Below, one piece after another: positions 45,433-57,692 of a stretch of DNA of 64,000 nucleotides. This DNA is from Macrostomum lignano. Lineage: Eukaryota. The notes under the pieces were generated by a model. It did not search any database and was not told the DNA's origin. It saw nothing but the letters and a program-made list of their open reading frames with translations. Position 1 is the stretch's first letter; each line of letters starts with the position of its first letter. Position numbers and translations under genes: made by a program. The DNA lies in assembly GCA_002269645.1 (NCBI GenBank), contig NIVC01000323.1, forward strand, positions 1-64,000, read 5' to 3'.

Positions 45433-45842
45433 CAGACCAGTTTTGACATTTCAGCAATTTGACCTTCTTTATAATCTGTTTGGCTGGTTTTAAATTTTTT
45501 CCAGGTTCATTCCTAATTTCAAACTACATGCAGGCTTACCGCAACCTTGCATACCAATGGTTTATTATTTCAAAGCGAGTTTTATACAGAGACATCTATC
45601 TCTCCGTCGATGGCGGTCTCGAACAAAAAAACCGCTTAAAAGCCAACTGCATGCTGGCATTAGTTTTTCAGGAAAAAATGTCCGTTGAAAGTTCCGATTT
45701 GCATTGCCAGGAATTCCAGTGACTCTCTGTGTATGGAGTTACCGCCGAACGCAAAGGTCTGCATGTCTGTCTGTCCGTGGAAAAGTTAATTGTAGTTGTC
45801 GTTTTTGGCATTTGGTATTTTGCACTTCCAAGCTTCCTGTAA

Positions 45843-45843
45843 C

Positions 45844-45879
<36 letters not shown>

Positions 45880-45882
45880 CTC
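45843..45882. repeat. (CT)n microsatellite
   Basis: Direct reading. Confidence 0.9.
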
Positions 45883-46097
45883 TTCCTCTCTGCTGGCACG
45901 GGAACAATAATTTAAAGTCACAGCGGCTGCAGTAGTCTGTGACACAATAGCATTATTGGTTAATAAAAATTTACAGAGGAATTCCAATTGACAATACGAT
46001 CGTATTGCCCCAGCGTCTCTATTCGTCTGGTGTACCCGATGGCTGATGTAGATAGAAACAGTTGCAAAATTAGAATACTTGGATATTGTGGCCCTCA

Positions 46098-46500
46098 ACT
46101 GGCGCTATAATAATCCTTTTGGCGCTAAACTGGCGCTAGAATGTTTCCTGTGACACTAAATTGGCGCTAGAATAATCCTTTCAGCGCTAAACTGGCGCTA
46201 GAATGTTTCCTGTGACACTAACTTGGCGCTAGAATAATCCTTTCAGCGCTAAACTGGCGCTAGAATGTTTCCTGTGACACTAACTTGGCGCTAGAATAAT
46301 CCTTTCAGCGCTAAACTGGCGCTAGAATGTTTCCTGTGACACTAAATTGGCGCTAGAATAATCCTTTCAGCGCTAAACTAGCGCTAGAATGTTTCCTGTG
46401 ACACTAAATTGGCGCTAGAATAATCTTTTCGGCGCTAAACTGGCGCTATAATAATCCTTTTGGTACTAAACTAGCGCTAGAATCTTTCCTGTGGTGCCAA
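46098..46500. repeat. 62-bp (2x31) minisatellite with a TGGCGCTAGAAT core
   Basis: Alternating subunits ...AATCCTTTCAGCGCTAAAC and ...GTTTCCTGTGACACTAAAT; period 62 (46131 to 46193). Confidence 0.92.
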
Positions 46501-47174
46501 TTGAATTGGCGCGCTAAACTCAGTTTGTTAATTATAAAATTCTACAAACTAAGCTAAAATTTGGTTACTTTTGTAAGAATAAGAATTTGTATTTTTAGAC
46601 CGAGTAGAAAATGTTAGCTGGTATAGTGAAATAAAAATTTCTTCACACCTACGTGAACATCTAATCATGAACATTAAGATAAGAGAGAAATTTCGGTTTT
46701 TATTTAACGAATCTCTCACAATCGTAGCAGCCGTTTGTCATTATTTATTTCTCACCTTGGCTCTTGGGAGCTTGGTCGTAAAATTTAACTACCGAGTAAT
46801 TATAATAAAACTTCTTCGCTATATCTCAAACCCAGTGCTAGAGATGACAATGATAGCCTGCGAAGCCTGGTTTTGGTGCGGCAGCCATAAAGTTAATTGT
46901 CGCATTTTTATCTATTTTTTCAGTTGGTTTTATTGCAAAATAATTTCTAAGAGTTTTGTTGCTATTTGAGGCGGGGCTTCGTACGTGGCAAAACGTTGAA
47001 GATGATCAAAGTAAAAGAATGAGAGGGTTCTTGAGTTGGGCCAGGGGAGCTCTGAAGGCACAGGTGGAGCAGACGAGGGATGCTTTCACAAGCTCGAAAT
47101 TTCACAACGTCGAAAATTTAATATAGCAAGAACCTAGCCAGATCGTTTTCAAAGAATAACTTTGGTATATTTAG

Positions 47175-48930
47175 GATAGGCTAGGATAGGATAGGATAGG
47201 ATAGGATAGGATAAGGTAGGATAGGATAGGATATGATAGGATAGGATAGGATATGATAGGATAGGATGGGATAGGATAGGATAGGATAAGGTAGGATAGG
47301 ATAGGATAGGATAGGATAGGATAGGATAGGATAGGATAGGATAGGATAGGATAGGATAGGATAGGATAGGATAGGATAGGATAGGATAGGATAGGATAGG
47401 ATAGGATAGGATAGGATAGGATAGGATAGGATAGGATAGGATAGGATAGGATAGGATAGGATAGGATAGGATAAGGTAGGATAGGATATGATAGGATAGG
47501 ATAGGATAGGATAGGATAGGATAGGATAGGATAGGATAGGATAGGGTAGGATAGGATAGGATAGGATAGGATAGGATAGGATAGGATAGGATAGGATAGG
47601 ATAGGATAGGATAGGACAGGACAGGATAGGATAGGATAGGGTAGGATAGGATAGGATAGGATAGGTTAGGTTAGGACAGGATAGGATAGAATAGGATAGG
47701 ATAAGGTAGGATAGGATAGGATAGGATAGGACAGGATAGGATAGGATAGGATAGGGTAGGATAGGATAGGATAGGATAGGATAGGATAGGGTAGGATAGG
47801 ATAAGGTAGGATAGGATATGATAGGATAGGATAGGATAGGATAGGATAGGATAGGATAGGATAGGATAGGATAGGATAGGATAGGATAGGATAGGATAGG
47901 ATAGGATAGGATAGGACAGGATAGGATAGGATAGGATAGGACAGGACAGGATAGGATAGGATAGGGTAGGATAGGATAGGATAGGATAGGTTAGGTTAGG
48001 ACAGGATAGGATAGAATAGGATAGGATAAGGTAGGATAGGATAGGATAGGATAGGACAGGATAGGATAGGATAGGATAGGGTAGGATAGGATAGGATAGG
48101 ATAGGATAGGATAGGGTAGGATAGGATAGGATAGGATAGGATAGGTTAGGACAGGACAGGATAGGATAGGATAGGATAGGATAGGATAGGATAGGATAGG
48201 ATAGGGTAGGATAGGATAGGATAGGATAGGACAGGATAGGATAGCATAGGATAGGGTAGGATAGGATAGGATAGGATAGGATAGGATAGGATAGGATAGG
48301 ATAGGATAGGATAGGATAGGGTAGGATAGGATAGGATAGGATAGGATAGGATAGGATAGGGTAGGATAGGATAGGATAGGATAGGATAGGATAGGACAGG
48401 ATAGGATAGGATAGGGTAGGATAGGATAGGATAGGATAGGACAGGATAGGATAGGATAGGATAAGGTAGGATAGGATAGGATAAGGTAGGATAGGATAGG
48501 GTAGGATAGGATAGGATAGGATAGGACAGGACAGGATAGGATAGGATAGGATAGGGTAGGATAGGATAGGATAGGATAGGATAGGATAGGTTAGGACAGG
48601 ACAGGATAGGATAGGATAGGATAGGATAGGATAGGACAGGATAGGATAGGATAGGATAGGATAGGACAGGATAGGATAGGATAGGATAGGGTAGGATAGG
48701 ATAGGATAGGATAGGATAGGACAGGATAGGATAGGATAAGGTAGGATAGGATAGGATAAGGTAGGATAGGATAGGGTAGGATAGGATAGGATAGGATAGA
48801 ACAGGACAGGATAGGATAGGACAGGACAGGATAGGATAGGATAGGATAGGATAGGATAGGATAGGATAAGGTAGGATAGGTTAGGACAGGATAGAATAGG
48901 ATAGGATAGAATAGGATAGGACAGGATAGT
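47175..48930. repeat. (GGATA)n pentanucleotide satellite, ~1.75 kb
   Basis: Direct reading. Confidence 0.98.
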
Positions 48931-49275
48931 ATAGAAAATAAATTGCAGAACCGTCTTCAACCATATTGGTCTCTTGAGTATTTTATTCGCCAGCAAATAT
49001 CAAAGAAATTGTTTTTCATTGCTATATGAAAATATACCTTGAAAAGTTTTAATACAGCAACTTTTATTCTTGGCTGGTTTTCATTGAGTTACAAACATTT
49101 TTGTGTGGTTGCAAAGTTATGGCCCCTTCAAAAACACCAGTTTCTATTAGATGAAGAATTTTCATGCAGCACAACATTTATAAAATTTTTCTCTGATTTT
49201 AGAGAATTTCGGGATTGCGAGATCCCGTGATCATAAAACTCCGCGATTTTGGCATCTCTTCAGAATAGACGTGTT

Positions 49276-49520
49276 GGGTAGACAATTAGGTAGACAGGTA
49301 GGTAGACAGGTAGGTAGACAGGTAGGTAGACAGGTAGGTAGACAGGTAAGTAGACAGGTAGGTAGACAGGTAGGTAGACAGGTAGGTAGACAGGTGGGTA
49401 GACAAGTGGGTAGACAGTGGGTAGACAAGTGAGTAGACAAGTGGGTAGACAGTTGGGTAGACAGTTGGGTAGACAAGTGGGTAGACAAATAGGTAGGCTG
49501 GTAGATGAGTTGAGCAGGTG
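49276..49520. repeat. 12-bp repeat (GGTAGACAGGTA)n
   Basis: Direct reading. Confidence 0.9.
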
Positions 49521-50140
49521 GGTAGACAGGTAAAAGTATGGGTAAGTTTTTGATAGTTTGGCAGATTAGTAAGTCAGCTGTTAAATGTATTGGTAGGTGG
49601 AGTGGTAGGTAGGCCTATAGGTAGTGTAAGTTGGTAAATAGGTTCTGTAGGTAGGTGGCTGGCTCCATTCCTGTATCTTATAGCGCAGTATCCAAAAGCG
49701 AAATTCATTCAGCGGGTTCCCGAACTGTCTATGTTGTCTAAGACGCCAACACACGCGTAAGAATACGCAACAGTCCGACTGGAGTTTCCATTTCACCCCC
49801 TTCCGTCTTGTCAAACAAACCAGTTGGGCATAAGCGGCGGGGCGCGCTTTCCTGTGTGAAATTTGAGCCAACTTTTGAACGAAGGAATATATAAAGAGAG
49901 AAGAGGAAAGTTTTTCGGGCTTTTTGTTGATCGAACCTCAGTTGGGCTGTCTTTAGGTGTGCTTTTGTGTATGCATACTGCAGATATTGCATAACAGGTT
50001 TGGTAAACACACCGCGAAGTATTCTGGGGCTTTTAAACATTTTCACTACTACCTCTGTAGATATGGCGTTGCCATGGGAGCCATGAATGAATGAAGTGAA
50101 ACCATTTCAGTTAACTTTCAAGTTTTACTAGTTAGCAAGA

Positions 50141-50425
50141 TCAGACACTAAGACAGACACTAAGACAGACACTAAGACAGACACTGAGACAGACACCAAG
50201 ACAGACACTGAGACAGACCCTAAAACAGACACTGAGACAGACACTGAGACAGACACCAAGACAGACACTAAGACAGACCCTAAAACAGACACCAAGACAG
50301 ACACCAAGACAGACACACAAAGACAGACACTAAGACAGACACTAAGACAGACACCAAGACAGACACCAAGACAGACACCAAGACAGACACCAAGACAGAC
50401 ACCAAGACAGACACTAAGACACAGA
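50141..50425. repeat. 12-bp repeat (AGACAGACAC[C/T]A)n
   Basis: Direct reading. Confidence 0.92.
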
Positions 50426-50486
50426 CTGAAATATAATTGTTCGCTAACACCGAACGAAGAATTTATAGTCAACAGCTGAACAAACC

Positions 50487-50500
50487 GTCACCATGGTAAC
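50487..50500. promoter_or_regulatory. RFX X-box motif GTCACCATGGTAAC
   Basis: Exact match to GTNRCC-N(0-3)-RGYAAC inside an 18-bp near-palindrome; weaker copies at 50068, 50561 and 51215. Confidence 0.5.
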
Positions 50501-51004
50501 GGATTTGACTCGAGCCATCTGCAGTAATTAATTCACCTCAAGCCAGAGGACTATATAGGCCTAGCCATGGCAATATCTGGAAGTGGCAGTTCCGTTTAGC
50601 CATCAACTCGCGCCGAGGCCTGTAAAAACATCGCAACGGAATCCGAAGACCAGCGGGATAAAAAAGTGGCGATGTCAATCAGCAGAGGTTGGTGGGCAAC
50701 TGCAATAAAATCCAATGCTTTAATGCAGTCGTGTTTCTGTTTGTGTGCGTTTTTTTCCAAGGTTTTGTCGTTGCATTTTCTCTGCGAATCAGATTGCACG
50801 TCAGCTTTTTTGCAATTTTTTATGCAAGTTTTCTGACAGACAAATTGATGTAGATAATCGTTTAGTTGTTTGTTGCTAGCTTGGGGTCTTACGCAATGCT
50901 CCCTTCGTTCTTGCTATCGCAGCATCTTGATTTTGTCTTCGTGTTCACCTCTATTTCTGTCTTCCTCTCCCCCCTCTGTCTCCCTCCCCTTCCCTCTCGC
51001 TTCT

Positions 51005-51160
51005 TCTGTCTCCCACCTCATCTCCCTCTGTCTACCTTTGTGTCTCCCTCTCTGTCTCCCTCTGTGTCTCCCTCTCTGTCTCCCTCTCTGTCTCCCTCTC
51101 TGTCTCCCTCTCTGTCTCCCTCTCTGTCTCCCTCTCTGTCTCCCTCTGTGTCTCCCTCTC
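51005..51160. repeat. 12-bp repeat (CTCTCTGTCTCC)n
   Basis: Direct reading. Confidence 0.92.
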
Positions 51161-52269
51161 CGTTTTCCTCTTCGTTTCTCTCTTCGCACTGTTTTTTTTT
51201 GGTATATTAGTTCTGTTACCATGACATAAAAAACGGTCGCAAGAGAAACTTAGGACTCACAAAGGCCATATTTCATCTGTTTTTTTTAAAATAACCCTGT
51301 ATATAAATCATTATTTTAAACCATTTTTATAACAGCTAAGTTCAGTTCTTCTGTTGAAAAAATTCCAACTTAAAATATTTTTGTCTACTAAGGACCACTA
51401 GACCGACAAAAATGTAAATGAGGCATTATGAATATGATGAAGTTGGGTGATCCATATAATGATGAAGTCGCAGGTGTCCCACCCCCTATTCACTCCCCGC
51501 TGTAATATGGATTCCGCTACACCGCGTCCTCTGTCCTCCGCCCCCACCCTATTTATCTTAGGGTCTGTTATTAGCCATCTGCCATTCTCATGGTCTGATA
51601 GCTTACTGCCTAAGAATCCATACCTCAGCGGGGAGCCACCCAACCACCCCCCACCCTCGGTTCCTTTTGGCTTGCCCACCCCCTAGCTATTGAGAATCGT
51701 CTCGTCGGCAATTCCTTTTTACTTGTAGTTCCCGCGGCTCTGCAGAGGGTGGTGTAGCTGTTATTATGTCGTGGCAAAAAAATTTCATATCTCATATTTT
51801 GGGGTGTGTATACTCCTCTCCCACCACGACTGATTGCCAGTAGCTCAGCGGCTGCTTTGAGCACAAGGCTTGAGACAACAGTGTTCAGTTGATAGCGGTG
51901 TGGGGTGTGGCTGGGTTCGGACACTTCTGCTACACAATGCATGCAAAAATTTATCCAGCAGTAGAGGGGCTTTAAGGCAGACCAGCCACTTGAGTCTTCT
52001 GTAAGAGAGCTCATCTCGCTAGTGCTAATTTTCGTAATTTTTCTAATCTCATGGAGTATGAAATTGAATGCATTATTAGGTATGAGTCAGACTTGGGGGT
52101 GCGTCATTTGTCAAAGTGACACTGGAAATTGCTGCTCCTGCTTGTAGTGGGGCTTGACAATATCGACTAGTGGGCAATCCCGCTGTGCTGCCCTCGCCTT
52201 CTCCATTTGCTCAGTGGCTGCGAATTCTAATGGAGCAGAGACACTTCTGACTGCTGTGAATTCACGCCT

Positions 52270-52322
52270 CTGTCTGTCTGTCTGTCTGTCTGTCTGCCTG
52301 TCTGTCTGTCTGTGTGTGTGTT

Positions 52323-52387
<65 letters not shown>

Positions 52388-52396
52388 GTGTGTGTT

Positions 52397-52435
<39 letters not shown>

Positions 52436-52495
52436 GGCTGGCTGGCTATCTGTCTGTCTGTCTGTCTGTCAGAGTGTCTGTCTGTCTGTCTGTCA

Positions 52496-52562
<67 letters not shown>

Positions 52563-52563
52563 A

Positions 52564-52610
<47 letters not shown>
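52270..52610. repeat. (TGTC)n microsatellite
   Basis: Direct reading. Confidence 0.97.
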
Positions 52611-53309
52611 ACATCCATTTGACACATTTTCAATTGTTTTATTTAATAGCTTCAACTCTTCAACTTTATTTTTTGTTATTAAAGATAACATTCCAAGGGA
52701 AAAAACTCATCTTCTTCCGCACAAAGTCCCACAAAAAAGATTCCAAAGGTTAAGTTTAATAACGAAAAAAAACACACAGATCCCATGGGGCGGGGCATTT
52801 TTGCTGATCTGTTTGTTTAAGACCTTCTCCTCCGCGTACCGCAGCCAGCAACAGCAGAGCGGAACAAGGACCGAAGCTCTTCAACTGCTGTTGGCTTTCA
52901 AAGCTTTCCTTTTTACATCGTTAAAAAACAATTGTCTTCTCTAGGGACCATTTTAAACAAAGCGTTGTCCAGAAGCCTAAAAAAGGTAAGCTTGGACGCA
53001 TATTTAGATTTTGGACCACCACACTATTGTTATTGCAATTTTCAAGGCTTTGCCGCCCCAGATGGCCCAGATTATCTCTCAGTTTTGGGGTGTTCTTTTC
53101 AGTTTCACCTGTTTAATTAAGTTTTAAAATGATTTTTAACTACTCGGCATAATTCTTTTGTGTATTCGCTAGTGAAGGATAAGAGAAGAAGGTGGGGATA
53201 GAGAGACAGATAAAGTAGGACAAGGAGGAAGAGTGAGAGAGAAAGGGAGACGAAAAGGAGAGTGAGAGGGATAATGAGGGAGAGAGTTAAAGGAAGGCAG
53301 GGAAAGTTA

Positions 53310-53675
53310 GTGAGAGAGGGAGACAGAGAGGGTGAGTAAGAGAGGGAGACAGAGAGGGAGAGTGAGAGAGGGAGACAGAGAGGGTGAGTGAGAGAGGGAG
53401 ACAGAGAGGGAGAGTGAGAGAGGGAGGCAGAGAGGGTGAGTGAGAGAGGGAGACAGAGAGGGTGAGTGAGAGAGGGAGACAGAGAGGGTGAGTGAGAGAG
53501 GGAGACAGAGAGGGTGAGTGAGAGAGGGAGACAGAGACGGTGAGTGAGAGAGGGAGGCAGAGAAGGTGAGTGGGAGAGGGAGACAGAGAAGGTGAGTGGG
53601 AGAGGGAGACAGAGAGGGTGAGTGAGAGAGGGAGGCAGAGAAGGTGAGTGGGAGAGGGAGACAGAGAGGGTTAGT
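53310..53675. repeat. 26-bp purine-rich minisatellite (GAGAGAGGGAGACAGAGAGGGTGAGT)n
   Basis: Tandem copies. Confidence 0.93.
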
Positions 53676-54924
53676 GAGATATCTGTCAGCTAAAAAGCAT
53701 AAATAATTCATATTCAAATTTCTAATTAAACCGGAATCTTTAATTAACAGGGTTGCTCGGAGTGTTTGCTTCCATGACAAGAAATAACCTTTGTGGACCG
53801 ACTCAGCGTGATGTTGCATTGCACAACATGTAAAGAATGTCAACTTTTGTTGTTTAATACGCCCAGTCAGTCAGTCTTGATCAAATTGGGGTTTCTGAAT
53901 GCCTGGGGGGTGGGGGTGGCCCCAGCACCTGCGCCCAACCTGCCTGCCATCCAAGTTGCAGACTCTGTGGTTGCTAAGGCTTTGTTGTCAGCCGTACGGA
54001 GAAATATCGAAATTGCTTTAGCTTGGTGTATTTCTACTTTTTTTATTAAAACCACAAAGGTGAATTTCATTTGACGATTATGTTGCTATGTTGACAGATT
54101 GTCAATCTGGATATATCATTAAGAAATTTCGGATTCACGTCTCTACCGGTATGAAGACCATAAAGTTTAAGGCAGTGCCCCACAGACTGATGGATTTTTT
54201 AAAAAAGTTTTTTTAAAAATCCGAAAACAAATTTTCAATTAGTAGAAAACTGGTTCTTGCATAATTGAATTCCAGTTTTTGCTGGTTTTCTTACCTATTT
54301 TTCTGCTGTACAGAATCCACACTTTAAAACAGTCAGTCTCGGGGGTGCGTATTGGAAATTTGCTTTTTTCTGTTCAAAACTCACGCGACAAAAAGGCTCC
54401 TGTCAGCTGTCAGTTGGAAGATTTGGTCGAATTCCCGGTGGGGGAATTCACAATCTTTCAGGTATCTATTTTCCCTCATTCTCCTGAACACTCGAGAGCC
54501 AAGATCCTTGATAACAATTGACCCAGGAGTCCTGCTAGCTACAACGATGTCGTCTGGGACGATATATTTTGAATCTCGGGGATTTTTTCCGGCAAAATTT
54601 GAAGGGGCGCAGGGAAGAAGCTTCACGATGATTTGGGATGAACGGGATCGGGACAGGCGCAATTGATGGCGCTGCTGGGAAAAAAAGTTTTTTTTTGAGG
54701 CTCCGCGATGCTTATGAGGGAAGAGAAAAGTGACGAAAAGGTGAATGAAGGTGACAGTTCGAGATTGAAGATTTAGATTGTGAGACGGCATGTGATGGCG
54801 AGGGTGGGGAGAGGGGAGCGGAGGCTGGGCAAGAGAAATATATAGCCTTGGCTCTGAGGGTTAGGGTTCGGTGGGGTGCACTTTGGGAACATTTAGTGTG
54901 AATAGCGGAGTGAGAGGAAATCAG

Positions 54925-55275
54925 GGTTGAGAGGGAGACAGGGGTGAGAGGGAGACAGGGTTGAGAGGGAGACAGGGTTGAGAGGGAGACAGGGGTGAGA
55001 GGGAGACAGGGGTGAGAGGGAGACAGGGGTGAGAGGGAGACAGGGGTGAGAGTGAGACAGGGGTGAGAGGGAGACAGGGGTGAGAGGGAGACAGGGGTGA
55101 GAGGGGGACAGGGTGAGAGGGAGACAGGGGTGAGAGGGAGACAGGGGTGAGAGGGAGACAGGGGTGAGAGTGAGACAGGGGTGAGAGGGAGACAGGGGTG
55201 AGAGGGAGACAGGGGTGAGAGGGAGACAGGGGTGAGAGGGGGACAGGGTGAGAGGGAGACAGAGAGGTTAGAGGG
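54925..55275. repeat. 17-bp minisatellite (GAGAGGGAGACAGGGGT)n
   Basis: Tandem copies. Confidence 0.94.
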
Positions 55276-56314
55276 AGACAGCGTGAGAGAGAGGCAGGGT
55301 TGGGAGCGAGACAGACAGGGTGCAAGAAGAACATAACTGAGAGGCAGGCAGGTGAGAGACATGTAAGAGCATGAGAAGGGAGATCAAGAAGGGGTGGAGC
55401 AAGTGACACTGTATACAGTAGTGTACTTTTAAAATAATTCGCTTGATTCGCGAACCCCCCGCCAGGTTAATGAGCATCCGAGATTGGCAGGTCACGCGCC
55501 GTACCACATCTCCCTCTCTTATCTCTCACCCGCATAAATTAATAAAAAAATCTTTTAAGAGCAAGAAATTCATCAGCAATTTTCGACTTCATGCGGCCTG
55601 CACTTCTCAGCCTAGGAAAATATGGATAATTAATATGCAATAATTTTTGGCTGAACTGAAATGAGATTCGTGGGAACGCTGGGTTGAGAACTGCATAGAC
55701 GGTTCTGCTTACCTTTACTAGCGAAGCGCTTAAACTGCAGAATTTCTAGGCAAGGTGAAGGTCGCCAATACAACAATTCTGTCTGTCAAAGTGGCTAATA
55801 ATGGCTGTTTAATTTGGGAAAGCTGAGTAGCTGGGTGAAGTAGTTCTTATTTGCTCAGTAGCTGAGTAAATCGCTTACAAGTCCGGCAAGCCTAGCTCAG
55901 ACTGCTGCCTCTTAGGCAAACAGAAGTTTTGCTTTTAGTTTTGAAAGTTGAAGTTTCCAAGGGGTTTTAATAGCTGGATTGCTTTTAGAAGAAGACAGAT
56001 GTGTGAGATGGGTACTTAATTGATTGACCTAAGTGAATATGATATGTTATTCAACTATAGAATAAACTAGCACAGAGAGATAGATAGAGACAACTCATTC
56101 ATCGTTTAGAATATTAGCAATAAAATATAAACTATATGTAACTTTTGACTTTTTACAGTCACTATTGTTATTTTTTAAGGAAATGATGTTTAACAACTGC
56201 CCTGAAAGCCAGCTATCTACCCTAATATATCATCAGATCCCCTATGAGCTCGAAAGCTCAAAGCATCTCAGCAACGCCCCATGAGACAAAGACTTTAAGC
56301 AGCTCCACATGAGC

Positions 56315-56755
56315 CGTGATATCTCAGCAATTCTTCCCATGAGCATAGACATCTCAGCGATTCCTCCCATGAGCATAGACATCTCAGCGATTCCTCCCAT
56401 GAGCATAGACATCTCAGCGATTCCTCCATGAGCATAGACATCTCAGCGATTCCTCCCATGAGCATAGACATCTCAGCGATTCCTCCCATGAGCATAGACA
56501 TCTCAGCGATTCCTCCCATGAGCATAGACATCTCAGCGATTCCTCCCATGAGCATAGACATCTCAGCAATCTTCCATTGAGCATAGACATCTCAGCGATT
56601 CCTCCCATGAGCATAGACATCTCAGCAATCTTCCATTGAGCATAGACATCTCAGCGATTCCTCCCATGAGCATAGACATCTCAGCGATTCCTCCCATGAG
56701 CATAGACATCTCAGCAATTCTCCCAATGAGCATAGACATCTCAGCGATTCCCCAT
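56315..56755. repeat. 30-bp minisatellite (GAGCATAGACATCTCAGCGATTCCTCCCAT)n
   Basis: About 14 copies, some of 29 bp. Confidence 0.95.
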
Positions 56756-57692
56756 TTGAGCCTTGACATTACAGAAATGAAAGCACTGCTTTGTATAAGT
56801 TATAAAATACCTGCCTAATATTTATCGTAATACACAATATAGCACTAATTAATTTCTGTGCTTTTTCAGCTCCCAGAAAACAGCGGCTGAGCCCTTAAGA
56901 CCTTCTTACCTCAGCCTGACTACCTGCCCGACTCGCTCATTTCCTGAGTAGATTGACAGCTTGGTACACCGTTCGCGGATTTGTTGACTGAAGTGCAAAA
57001 AAATCTCCCCCCTCCAGGCGAACCAGGGGCCCGGATTAACGCCTGACTAATCCGAAATCCCCAGTGCCGCTGTTAATCTGAGCAGCATGGTAAAAGCTTT
57101 CAATTCCAGTCAATTTTCAGACCAAAAAGTGGCAAAGACACGCAGTGGGCTTGTTTGCACACCAGGAGAAGTTTATCTGGGAGTCTTATGACTCAGCTTG
57201 AACCGCACAGGAAGATTGTGTTCAATTTGAGCATAGGAGACGTCGAAATTCCCTGTTAAAAATAGAGCCCAAGTCATTGTGCAGCTGTCCTCGATGTCTT
57301 AACCGTCCGCAAATGCATCATTTATTGTTTCAGATCTCTAGCAGTGTCTGGCTGAGAGATTTGAAATCGGTGCACTTTTAACTGAGCGTGTACACTTCAG
57401 CTAACTCTGGGGCTCAGTGACCACACAAATGTACTTATTCTTTTCAAGGCACCTACAAATTGTAGATTGTACGCTCGTAGCTGCGCGAACCTCACGCCTC
57501 TCTGTCGTGGATTCTTATCTTGTACAGTTGGTTCAGTAAATAGGGGCATTGTGGAGTTTGTACATTTAGCTAAACCACTCCTCTGTGCGTCGTTGTTGAT
57601 TAAATCAAAAGCGCAGAAATTGGAATGCAATTGTACAACTTGCTCTGCTATTGGTTTCGCCAAGCTGTTTGTCTCTGAAAAACCGACCGAAA

